A stretch of 64,000 nt of DNA, from positions 9,873 through 73,872 of the forward strand of contig CAZBWA010000001.1 in the NCBI GenBank assembly GCA_964495555.1, written 5' to 3'. The notes beneath the pieces were generated by a model. That model was not told where the DNA came from. It worked only from the letters and a program-made list of their open reading frames with translations, and did not search any database. Of the stretch, positions 17,505-26,140 are shown piece by piece. The translations under genes and the position numbers were made by a program. Source of the stretch: an uncultured Bifidobacteriaceae bacterium. Lineage in GTDB: Bacteria > Actinomycetota > Actinomycetes > S36-B12. Each line of letters opens with the position of its first letter. Position 1 is the stretch's first letter.

Positions 17505-19186
17505 TGCGCGTCCGAGGAAGGAGCCTGGACGAGGTCCTCGGCGCCCTTCGCAACGCGACCGCGCCCGTGGTCCTGGTCGCCGCAGATCTCGTCATCGCCG
17601 AGGCCGCGCTGGCACCCCTGACATCCGACCCCTTCGTGCGCACTTCCGTCCTCGTCCGAACCGAGCCGCGGGGCAACCTGCGTGTCCGCCACCACCGTGT
17701 GGTGTCGGCGGGGAGCAGCATCCATCGCGTGAGTGCTCCCACCCACGTGGGAGTGGGTGCGCTCGTGATCGATATCCGTGATCGCGACGCCGCCTGCGCT
17801 GCGCTGGAGGAACTCGCATCACTCCTGACCTCGGGTCACCTTCCCGTCGGGGAGGACGAGCTCCTCGAGGCATGCACGGTCGCCTTGGTCCGTGCCGGGG
17901 TAGGGGTCGCGGCCATCGAGGTCGTAGACGTCCCCTGGTTCCGCGGACCGGTGGATCGCGACCAGGCTCAACAGGCCATCGCGCGTGTATCCGATCGTCG
18001 CATCGCACAGCTGCAGGCCAACCGGATCGACGATGGCTTCTACTCGACCTTCCTCGTGCGTCGGGCCTCCAAGCCCGTGACCCGCCTGGCTCTTCGCCTC
18101 GGTGTGTCACCCAACACGATCACCCTGGTCTCCTTCGTCATCGGACTTCTCGCTGCACTCGCCTTCGCGCAGGGGACGCGCCCCTGGCTCGTTCTCGGGG
18201 CAATCGCGCTCCAGGTCTCCCTCATCGTGGACTGCGTCGACGGTGAAGTCGCGCGGGCCACACGGCGATTCAGCGCCCTCGGTGCCTGGTTGGACGCTTC
18301 GACGGATCGCGTGAAGGAATACGCGGCATACGCGGGATTGGCAGCCGGGGCGGTGATCGGCGGCCTGTCCGCGTGGTGGGTCGCCGTCGTGCTGATCGTC
18401 GTCCAGACGGTGCGCCACATGGCCGACTACACCTTCGCCCGCATCCAGAGACTCCGGGAGGCGCAGGTGAGTCCGCGCGCTCTGACCGACCCGGATGACG
18501 GTGCATCGGATGGCCTCGGCCTGCTCGAGGTGTCGGCGCGGATGAACAGGCGATCGGCGGTGCGGTGGGGCAAGAAAGTCGTGCACATGCCGATCGGGGA
18601 GCGGTGGCTGGTCCTCAGCCTCGGAGCGGCGTTCTTCGACGGCTATGTCGCGCTTCTCGCCCTGCTGACTCTCGTCCTCATTGCGTTCGTCTACACGACG
18701 GCCGGTCGCATCGCCCGCACCTTCACGTGGAGTGGACCCACGCCCCCGGACGGGGTGACACTCGTCGTGACGCAGTGGGACGACGGTCCTGTGGGATCCG
18801 GTATCGCTGCGCTTCTGCGACTGCATGTCCCCGACGGACGGTGGGTCTGGGCGTGGCCGGCGATCCTGCGCGCCTTCGAGATGGGCATCGTGGCCGCGAT
18901 CGTGCTGCTCGCCGTTCCGGCTCTGCTGCCCCTGGCTTTCGGATACCTCTTCGTCGTGGCGTACCACCACTACGACACCCTTTATCGGGCGCTGCAGGGT
19001 GCCGCGCCCCCGCGGTGGCTGACCTGGTGCGCCCTCGGCTGGGACGGCCGCACGATCCTCGTCGGCGCGGCGCTCGCCGTGGGCGCGCTGGCCGCTGAAC
19101 TTCGGGTGGCGTCGGTGTGGCTTCTGTTCGTGTGCGTCATTCTGGCTTCCGTACAGTGGCTGCGTTCGGTGAGGAAGGTGGCCTGA
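17504..19186 (+). CDS. CDP-alcohol phosphotransferase family membrane protein with N-terminal nucleotidyltransferase-like region and C-terminal extra TM domain
   Basis: ATG at 17504 (TGATG junction) within ORF 17222..19186. Complete motif VDCVDGEVARATRRFSALGAWLDASTDRVKE = DxxDGxxARx8Gx3Dx3D. The first ~200 aa lack a GxGTRL loop. The last ~170 aa are additional TM helices (DUF5941-like, recalled). Confidence 0.75.
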   Translation: MRVRGRSLDEVLGALRNATAPVVLVAADLVIAEAALAPLTSDPFVRTSVLVRTEPRGNLRVRHHRVVSAGSSIHRVSAPTHVGVGALVIDIRDRDAACAALEELASLLTSGHLPVGEDELLEACTVALVRAGVGVAAIEVVDVPWFRGPVDRDQAQQAIARVSDRRIAQLQANRIDDGFYSTFLVRRASKPVTRLALRLGVSPNTITLVSFVIGLLAALAFAQGTRPWLVLGAIALQVSLIVDCVDGEVARATRRFSALGAWLDASTDRVKEYAAYAGLAAGAVIGGLSAWWVAVVLIVVQTVRHMADYTFARIQRLREAQVSPRALTDPDDGASDGLGLLEVSARMNRRSAVRWGKKVVHMPIGERWLVLSLGAAFFDGYVALLALLTLVLIAFVYTTAGRIARTFTWSGPTPPDGVTLVVTQWDDGPVGSGIAALLRLHVPDGRWVWAWPAILRAFEMGIVAAIVLLAVPALLPLAFGYLFVVAYHHYDTLYRALQGAAPPRWLTWCALGWDGRTILVGAALAVGALAAELRVASVWLLFVCVILASVQWLRSVRKVA

Positions 19187-19977
19187 TGGGTGAGCACCCG
19201 ACCATCGCGCAGATTCGCGAGGTGTGTCAGCCCGCGTCCGTGCGAGGTCGACGCAACTCCGAGCACTGGGTCGCCGACGTCTATCTGCGTTCGCTGTCCC
19301 CGTACCTCACCTCCCTCCTCCTGCGCACCTCGATCACCGCGAACCAGGTCACGTGGCTCATGGTGGCCACGGGGGTATCCACCGCGTTGGTGATCCTCAT
19401 CCCGGGTCTCCCAGGGGCCGGTGCTGCCCTCCTCCTGGGCCAGATGCAGATGCTGTGGGATTGCAGCGACGGCGAAGTGGCCCGGTGGCGGGGAACCACG
19501 AGCCCGAAGGGTGTCTTCATCGATCGGGTGGGGCACTACACGACCGAAGGCCTGATCCCGATCACGCTCGGGTTGCGCGCAGCCGGATTCCCGGACGATG
19601 GGTGGCTCGAGAGTCCATGGCCCCTCCTCGGCGCGCTGTTGGCCGTCCTGATCCTCTACAACAAGGCACTCAACGACATGGTGCATGTCGCGCGCGCATA
19701 CGCGAACCTCACCAGACTCGAAGACGAAGCCGGAGTGGGAGCGCCCCAGGCAGCGCTCCTGCGACGCCTGCGTGCGATGGCGCGGGCTGTCCCGTTCTAC
19801 CGTGCGTATCACTCCGTCGAACTGACGATCCTGATCTTCGTAGCCGCGATCATCGACATGTTCCTCGGCGACCTCGCTGCTACGCGTGCGCTCCTGGCCG
19901 GTCTGCTGGTCCTCGCGTGCGTCACGGTCGTGGGACATCTGGCAGCGATCCTCTCCTCCCGCAAGTTGCGCGCATGA
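19186..19977 (+). CDS. CDP-alcohol phosphotransferase family membrane protein (paralogue with His at the last motif position)
   Basis: ATG at 19186 (TGATG junction) within ORF 19117..19977. WDCSDGEVARWRGTTSPKGVFIDRVGH = DxxDGxxARx8Gx3Dx3H, so the final Asp is replaced by His. Multiple TM helices. Confidence 0.75.
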   Translation: MGEHPTIAQIREVCQPASVRGRRNSEHWVADVYLRSLSPYLTSLLLRTSITANQVTWLMVATGVSTALVILIPGLPGAGAALLLGQMQMLWDCSDGEVARWRGTTSPKGVFIDRVGHYTTEGLIPITLGLRAAGFPDDGWLESPWPLLGALLAVLILYNKALNDMVHVARAYANLTRLEDEAGVGAPQAALLRRLRAMARAVPFYRAYHSVELTILIFVAAIIDMFLGDLAATRALLAGLLVLACVTVVGHLAAILSSRKLRA

Positions 19978-20831
19978 CCATCGGCGTCGTCATCTTGACG
20001 ATGGGGAGCCGCCCGCACGAGTTGTCTCGGGCCATCGATTCGGTGCTGGCTCAACGCGACGTGGATCTCGACGTCGTCGTCGTCGGCAATGGATGGCAGC
20101 CCGAGGGTGTCCCCACCGGTGTCGGAACCCTGGGTCTGTCCGCGAACCTCGGTATCCCTGCGGGACGCAACGCGGGCGCACGTGTGGTCACGGGAGACCT
20201 CCTGTTCTTCCTCGACGACGATGCCTGGCTCCCGGACCCGGATTTCCTCGCCACGGTGGCGCGACGGTTCGCCGCCGACCCACGGCTGGGGCTCGTGCAG
20301 CCCCGGGTCGTCGATCCCAGTGGCGCGACGGCACCCGGTCGATGGGTCCCTCGACTCCGGAGCGGGGATCCGGCGATGCCAGGGCCCGCCACGTCGCTTT
20401 GGGAGGGGGCGACGGTCATCCGACGTGCAGCCTTCGATGCGGCGGGAGGGTGGCCGGAGGAGTTCTTCTACGCGCACGAGGGCATCGATCTTGTCTGGCG
20501 GGTGTGGGACGTCGGCTATATCGCCTGGTACGCGGGGGACCTCGTGGTGCACCACCCCGTGATCGATCCGCTCCGCCACGCGGAGTTCTACCGGATGAAT
20601 GCGCGCAACCGGGTGTGGTTGGCGCGGCGCAATCTCCCCATCGTGCTCGAACCCGTGTACGTGGGGACCTGGATCGGGATCACTGTCGCGCGCGTCCGCG
20701 ATAGGGATGCGCTCCGGGCGTGGTTCGCCGGCCTACGGGAGGGAGTCAGCACCCGACCTCGGGGGCGTCGTCCGATGCGCTGGTCGACGGTGTGGACGCT
20801 CACCCGCGCGGGGCGCCCCCCGGTGGTGTGA
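19974..20831 (+). CDS. Glycosyltransferase family 2
   Basis: ATG at 19974 (ATGA junction) within ORF 19224..20831. IGVVILTMGSRPHELSRAIDSVLAQ..VVVVGNG..NLGIPAGRNAG..LFFLDDDAW..YAHEGIDL is the GT2 pattern. Confidence 0.8.
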   Translation: MTIGVVILTMGSRPHELSRAIDSVLAQRDVDLDVVVVGNGWQPEGVPTGVGTLGLSANLGIPAGRNAGARVVTGDLLFFLDDDAWLPDPDFLATVARRFAADPRLGLVQPRVVDPSGATAPGRWVPRLRSGDPAMPGPATSLWEGATVIRRAAFDAAGGWPEEFFYAHEGIDLVWRVWDVGYIAWYAGDLVVHHPVIDPLRHAEFYRMNARNRVWLARRNLPIVLEPVYVGTWIGITVARVRDRDALRAWFAGLREGVSTRPRGRRPMRWSTVWTLTRAGRPPVV

Positions 20832-22238
20832 TCACTCCGCGCAGAAGGACTCGTCTGCGGAGTTCACGTTCGTCGTGAGGTCGCTCGCCACTTCGCTGAC
20901 CTGCACGTCCTTGACCGCCGTGAAGTCCTTACCGATCACCAATCGCATCGTCTGACCGTTGCCCGGCGTTTCGACACCCGTGGCGCCCGCGGCGTAGATC
21001 AGGGTCTTGGCGGAGACGTCCCAGCGAGGGTCGTAGAGCACCGTCGTGGTGGTGTACTCACCGCTGGTGTCGTTCTTCACGTTGACGACGTTGTAGCCCG
21101 CGGCGGTGAGAAGTCGCTTGGCGCTCTTGCCCGCACCCTTCGTGCCCGTGGCGTTGATGATCTCGACACGTAGGGTCTCTGGCGCGGCCTTGAGCAGGGG
21201 TTGATCCGCCGAGGCCTTCGGTGGCCATGGCGTGTCGTTCTTGATCGCGTCCCAGAGGGCCTTCGCCTTCTTCTTGTTGGCCAGCACCGTGGCTCCGTCC
21301 CCGGAGGAGCGCCAGGGGAGCGTCGCGAAGACGATGTCGCCGGGTCGGAGGTTCTGCATGCTGACCGCGAGTTCGGCGACGTTGTCGATGTTCGCCAACT
21401 GGGGATCGGTCGTCAGCGACTCCGTCGCGGCATTCAAGACTCCGATGAGGGAGGCGGGATTGAGGAGGACCTCGCTGCTGAGGACCTTGCGCGCCATGGA
21501 TGAGAGGAATGCCTGTTGGCGACGGATGCGCGAGGTGTCGGAGCCGTCGCCGAGGCCCTTGCGCGTGCGGACGAAGGCGAGTGCCTCCTCACCGGACACG
21601 GTGTGCACACCGGCGGGGAGGTTGAGGCCACTGAGCTTGTCATTGACGGGTTCGGTGAGGCAGATCTCCACGCCCCCGACCGCCTCGGTGATCCGCTTGA
21701 ACGCACCGAAGTCCACGACCATGAAGTTGTCGATGGTCAGGCCGCTCAACTCCTCGACGGCCTTGATCACGCACCCGGGTCCACCGATCACCATGGCCTC
21801 GTTGAACCGGCCCTGATAGCCCCCGGCCGTGACGCCGTCCTTCGTGCACTCGGGGAGGGTGATCCGCGTATCGCGGGGAATGCTCACGCCGATGGCACGC
21901 GTGCGATCGGCATTCACGTGCAAGAGGATCGTCGTATCCGAGCGCTCGATGTCCCCGTACTTCTTGGCGCTTCCGTATCCGCGATTGTCCTTGCCGACCC
22001 GCGAGTCGCTGCCCATCACGAGCACCGTGAACGGCGCCTGCTGCCCGGTCTCCTCGTCGACGACGAGAGATTCGGTCTCGTCGACCACCGTCCCGGTCTG
22101 TTCGGAGACGTCGAGTGCCGTGATGTTGTCCCCGAGCTGGCCCATGAGCGTGGTGACTCCGGCCCCCACGACCGTCACGACTAGGACCAGGCCCGCGAGC
22201 ACCGCCGCGATCAGTCGCGGCAGCCGCCGTCCGCTCAC
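20832..22238 (-). CDS. LytR-CpsA-Psr (LCP) family glycopolymer-peptidoglycan ligase with LytR_C domain
   Basis: ORF 20832..22238. N-terminal TM anchor, then FTVLVMGSDSRVG..ERSDTTILLHVNADRTRAIGVSIPRDT..NEAMVIGGPGC, with a C-terminal domain (LRVEIINATGTKGAGKSAKRLLTAAGYNV). Confidence 0.9.
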   Translation of the reverse strand: MSGRRLPRLIAAVLAGLVLVVTVVGAGVTTLMGQLGDNITALDVSEQTGTVVDETESLVVDEETGQQAPFTVLVMGSDSRVGKDNRGYGSAKKYGDIERSDTTILLHVNADRTRAIGVSIPRDTRITLPECTKDGVTAGGYQGRFNEAMVIGGPGCVIKAVEELSGLTIDNFMVVDFGAFKRITEAVGGVEICLTEPVNDKLSGLNLPAGVHTVSGEEALAFVRTRKGLGDGSDTSRIRRQQAFLSSMARKVLSSEVLLNPASLIGVLNAATESLTTDPQLANIDNVAELAVSMQNLRPGDIVFATLPWRSSGDGATVLANKKKAKALWDAIKNDTPWPPKASADQPLLKAAPETLRVEIINATGTKGAGKSAKRLLTAAGYNVVNVKNDTSGEYTTTTVLYDPRWDVSAKTLIYAAGATGVETPGNGQTMRLVIGKDFTAVKDVQVSEVASDLTTNVNSADESFCAE

Positions 22239-22428
22239 ACCGCTCCCTAGGGCCGAGGAAATGCCATGGTAGGTGCCCTCCCACGAGGCCTCCGGTAGGA
22301 CGCACCCCCGGGGATGAGGGTTCCTGAGAGACTCACCACAGTTTCAGGTGGGACGTGAGGGCCGTGTGTGGCTTGGATTTGCCCCCGCCCCGTGGCACCG
22401 TGGTCGTGATGACGGTCGGAGGGTTCCC

Positions 22429-24390
22429 GTGAGGCGCTGGGTGGTCACCGCGGTCGTGGCGACCCTCGCCACGGTGGTCCCACCGACCCTGACGCCTGCA
22501 GGTGCGACGGAGGTGCCCGCGGCGGCGCCGGCGTCCTTCACCCTGCAGGGGTCCGGGTTCGGCCACGGGGTGGGCCTCTCCCAGTACGGCGCCCTGGCCA
22601 TGGCCAAGGCGGGGTTCGACCCCGCATCGATCGCGACCTTCTACTACCCGGGCACCACGGTGGCCCCGGTCCCGGACGAGATGGACATCCGCGTCAATGT
22701 CGACTACCGGAAAACCGAGATCAGTGTGCGGAGTGAGCCGCTGGACCCCTCGGGTGGCGCCATCGACGTCACCGTGAACGGCGTCGCCACGCTCGGCGGG
22801 CCCACCGATGTCTTCCGTTTCACGAACGAGGGTGGTGCCGTGCGCGTAACGCGCCTCACCGGCGATGTACCGACGGATCTCGGCGTCGCACCCTCCGTGA
22901 CCGTGCGATGGGCGGGGACCCGGGCACCGGGGCAGGCCGTCGGAGGACCGACCCTGCTCAACGTGGTGGGGCCTGCGCGCAACTTCGGGTCGCCGGGGCA
23001 TCGGTATCGCTACGGGTATCTCGACATCTCGCCGAATGCCGGCGCTCTGAACGCCGTCAACGTCGTGCGCATGCATGACGAGTACCTCTACGGGATTGCG
23101 GAGGTGTCCAGTTCCTGGCCCGATGCCGCGATGCAGGTGCAGTCGATGGCAGCGCGCACCTATGCGCTCGCAAAGTTCGCCGCGGGGGTGCGCAAGGCAT
23201 GCGACTGCCATGTGGACGATGGTGCGGGTCCGTACTCCGACCAGATGTTTGCCGGATACGCAAAGGAATCGGGCCCGGGAGGTGAGAGGTGGGTCGGCGC
23301 CGTGAATGCCACCCAGTCTGGATCGACCGCCGGCAACGCGATCCTGCACAACGGACAACCGATCACCGCCTTCTACTCCTCGTCCAACGGCGGCTTCACC
23401 CACGCCAGTCGGGATGCGTGGGGTGGCGATCGCCCGTACGCCCAGGTCGTGCCGGACCCGTGGTCACTCACCGAGGACAACCCGAATCGCAGCTGGTCGG
23501 TCACCGTCCCGCAGCAACGCATCGCGGCGGCCTTCGGCGTCGGGGAGGTGCGCGCCCTGACGATTGCGGAGCGATACGCCTCCGGGGTTCCCAAGGCGGT
23601 GATCGCGACGCTCCCGGATGGCACGCAGGCCTCCCGCAGCGGTGCGACCCTGCAGCGGGCACTGCGCTTGAAGTCGCCGTACATCCAGTCCATCGACGGA
23701 GTCGTGGGCGCCCCCCTGTCCGATCCCGGGGCTCCGGCGCCGCCGAGCGTTGCCCCGGCGCCCGCACCGCCGGTCGAGCCCGCGCCCGTCTACGAGACGG
23801 AGGTACGCCTCGCCGCCGGTCCGGCCGTGGAAGCCCCCGCGCTGGAAGCCCTCGAACTCCGGGCGCGCGTGACGCCGGCGAAGAAAGGCCGAGTGGTGTG
23901 GCGCCAGCAACTGGTCGGCGAGGAGTGGATCACGATCGACACGGCGCGCACGGACCGCCGAGGGCGCGTCGTGTTCACGACGAGGAAGCCGTGGCCCCCG
24001 GGGTCCGCCTCGACCGAGCGTCTGCTCGTCGTCCGCCAGGGGGCTCCCATCGGTGTCAGCGAGCAGATGACGGTCTCTGTCATCCCGAGCGTCGCGCCGC
24101 GCACCGTGACGCTCACCACCCCGACCGCGATCACCGTGGCGGCGGGGGACCGGGTCGAGATCGCCGCCCGGGTCCGCCCGAAGCAGCCGGGACTCCTCGT
24201 CCTCCGCCAGGGCCTGACGGATGGACAGTGGACGACGCTGGAACGGGCTCGCACCGATGACCGTGGGCGCGTGCGCTTCGTGATCCGGAAGGCCAAGCCT
24301 GCGGGCGCCACCTACACCTATCGGCTTGTGGTGATCGAGCGCAGACAGGCGGCCGGAGCGAGCCCGGAGATCACTCTCACCGTCCAGTAG
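22429..24390 (+). CDS. SpoIID/LytB domain protein with two C-terminal tandem beta-domain repeats
   Basis: GTG at 22429 (GGAGGG 7 nt upstream) within ORF 22348..24390. Signal-like VVTAVVATLATVVPPTLTPAGA, then FTLQGSGFGHGVGLSQYGALAMAKAG, YSDQMFAGY and FYSSSNGGFT, the SpoIID-type core. Confidence 0.8.
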   Translation: MRRWVVTAVVATLATVVPPTLTPAGATEVPAAAPASFTLQGSGFGHGVGLSQYGALAMAKAGFDPASIATFYYPGTTVAPVPDEMDIRVNVDYRKTEISVRSEPLDPSGGAIDVTVNGVATLGGPTDVFRFTNEGGAVRVTRLTGDVPTDLGVAPSVTVRWAGTRAPGQAVGGPTLLNVVGPARNFGSPGHRYRYGYLDISPNAGALNAVNVVRMHDEYLYGIAEVSSSWPDAAMQVQSMAARTYALAKFAAGVRKACDCHVDDGAGPYSDQMFAGYAKESGPGGERWVGAVNATQSGSTAGNAILHNGQPITAFYSSSNGGFTHASRDAWGGDRPYAQVVPDPWSLTEDNPNRSWSVTVPQQRIAAAFGVGEVRALTIAERYASGVPKAVIATLPDGTQASRSGATLQRALRLKSPYIQSIDGVVGAPLSDPGAPAPPSVAPAPAPPVEPAPVYETEVRLAAGPAVEAPALEALELRARVTPAKKGRVVWRQQLVGEEWITIDTARTDRRGRVVFTTRKPWPPGSASTERLLVVRQGAPIGVSEQMTVSVIPSVAPRTVTLTTPTAITVAAGDRVEIAARVRPKQPGLLVLRQGLTDGQWTTLERARTDDRGRVRFVIRKAKPAGATYTYRLVVIERRQAAGASPEITLTVQ

Positions 24391-24393
24391 CCC

Positions 24394-25029
24394 TCACGGC
24401 ACATATATATGCGTGACTCCCTCGCGCTCGACGTCGACGGCATCGACCGTCTCTGCGAGGAGGACGCTGGCACCGGAGACCAGGGGCACGAGGAGTGGGA
24501 TCACCGGGTTGCCGGGGAGGGCGAGGAGGCGATCGCCCGGGCCCACGCCGAGCTCAGCTGCTACGTCGCGAGCCGTGTCGAGGGGTGCGTACGACTCCGG
24601 TGACGGGATCACGAGGGCGTCCGGCTGCGACCGCACCAGATCGGTGACATCGTCGACGCCGGCGGGGAGATCGTGCGTGATCGCGAGTCCCCAGGGATGG
24701 AGCGAGACGGCCCAGCTCCCCGACGAGGCCTCGGTCACGTTCTCTCCGACGACGACCAGGTCGGCGTCCTCTCTGAGGGTGAGCATGCGTCCCGACACCC
24801 AGACCCCGCCCTGCCAGACGGGCAGCTGCCAGTGCCAGGGGAGATCGAGGTGGACCCGGGGCCCCGCGTCGAGTTCGAGGCTGAGTGCATTGGCTACCTT
24901 CGCAACCGACGTGGTCAGTGTGGCCGTCGACAACTCGATACGCACGTCATCCTGCATCCACGTCACCAGGGGCTTGTCGCGATCGACTCGCCGCGTGAGA
25001 AGTGACCAGACGTCGGACATGCTCCCCAT
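24394..25029 (-). CDS. Conserved actinobacterial protein (TIGR03089-like, recalled)
   Basis: ORF 24394..25029. No catalytic motif recognised. Divergent partner of the GDP-mannose pyrophosphorylase gene, the position I recall for the TIGR03089 family. Confidence 0.5.
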   Translation of the reverse strand: MGSMSDVWSLLTRRVDRDKPLVTWMQDDVRIELSTATLTTSVAKVANALSLELDAGPRVHLDLPWHWQLPVWQGGVWVSGRMLTLREDADLVVVGENVTEASSGSWAVSLHPWGLAITHDLPAGVDDVTDLVRSQPDALVIPSPESYAPLDTARDVAAELGVGPGDRLLALPGNPVIPLLVPLVSGASVLLAETVDAVDVEREGVTHIYVP

Positions 25030-25063
25030 GCTCCCACCCGACTCCGTATGGCAGGCTGCTGGC

Positions 25064-26140
25064 GTGACAGAGGCGATCCTGCTCGTCGGTGGTCAGGGGA
25101 CGCGACTTCGTCCGTTGACCATGAGCACGCCGAAGCCCATGCTTCCCGTTGCGGGGGTTCCCTTCACCGTGCACCAGATCACGCGTGCGCGTGACGCAGG
25201 TGTCTCCCGCATCGTGCTGGCGACGAGCTACCGCTCGGAGGTTTTCCGGGAATTCCTGGAGGACGCCGACCTCGGTATCGAGGTGGTCATCGCCACGGAG
25301 GAGGAGCCCCTCGGCACGGGCGGTGCCATCCGTCATGCGCTTCCCCACCTGCGCAGCTCCGGCAACGATCCGGTCGTCGTCTTCAACGGTGACGTATTGA
25401 CCGGGGTGGACATCGCCGGACTCGTCGCCCACCACGTACGCACCGACAGCGACGTCACCCTGTATCTGACCCCGGTGCCGGATCCGCGCGCCTACGGACT
25501 CGTGCCGACGGATTCCGACGGCAGGGTCACGGCCTTCCTGGAGAAGCCGCAGACGCCGGAGGAGATCGTCACGGATCAGATCAATGCGGGCTGCTACGTC
25601 TTCCGCTCCTCGGTCATCGAATCGATCCCCGACGGGCGTCCCGTCTCCGTCGAGCGCGAGACGTTCCCGGGTCTGCTGGCGGAGGGCCGGATGGTCACCG
25701 GCGTCGTCGATCGTGGGTATTGGCTCGACCTCGGGACTCCGCTCGCATTCGCGCAGGGAAGTCGCGACCTCGTCCTCGGTCGGGCACCCTCACCTGCGGT
25801 GACGGACCCGGGGGAGCAGCGGATACTGGCGGGCGCGCAGGTGGATTCGACGGCACGCGTGATCGGCGGCACCACCATCGGTCGGAATGCACGCGTCGAT
25901 GCGGGCGCGGTCGTGGACGGCAGCGTCGTCTTCGACGATGCCCATATCCGTGCCGGCGCACGCGTCCGCGACTCGATCGTCGGCCGGGGGGCAATCATCG
26001 GGTCGGACACCGTGATCTCGGGCGCCGTCATCGGTGATGGGGCGCATGTGGGCGCCGGCAACGAGCTCCTGGACGGTGTGCGGGTCTGGCCGGGGGCGCA
26101 CCTCGCGGACGGGACCGTCCGCTTTTCCTCCGATTCCTAG
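25064..26140 (+). CDS. manC: Mannose-1-phosphate guanylyltransferase (GDP-mannose pyrophosphorylase)
   Basis: GTG at 25064 within ORF 24413..26140 (the upstream part is antisense to the previous gene). AILLVGGQGTRLRPLTMSTPKPMLPVAG..EEEPLGTGGAI..EKPQ..INAGCYVF, plus a C-terminal left-handed beta-helix repeat. Equivalent of Mtb Rv3264c (recalled). Confidence 0.85.
   Translation: MTEAILLVGGQGTRLRPLTMSTPKPMLPVAGVPFTVHQITRARDAGVSRIVLATSYRSEVFREFLEDADLGIEVVIATEEEPLGTGGAIRHALPHLRSSGNDPVVVFNGDVLTGVDIAGLVAHHVRTDSDVTLYLTPVPDPRAYGLVPTDSDGRVTAFLEKPQTPEEIVTDQINAGCYVFRSSVIESIPDGRPVSVERETFPGLLAEGRMVTGVVDRGYWLDLGTPLAFAQGSRDLVLGRAPSPAVTDPGEQRILAGAQVDSTARVIGGTTIGRNARVDAGAVVDGSVVFDDAHIRAGARVRDSIVGRGAIIGSDTVISGAVIGDGAHVGAGNELLDGVRVWPGAHLADGTVRFSSDS

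Noticed and set aside
22429-24390. SpoIID-domain gene as evidence for sporulation machinery
   Set aside because: No other sporulation genes in the window. SpoIID/LytB-domain proteins are common cell-wall remodelling enzymes in non-sporulating actinobacteria.
24402-24411. Perfect AT palindrome CATATATATG, striking in GC-rich DNA
   Set aside because: It lies inside the 3' end of the TIGR03089-like CDS, where it encodes ..THIYVP. The surrounding near-palindrome is imperfect, and I see no evidence for a functional site.
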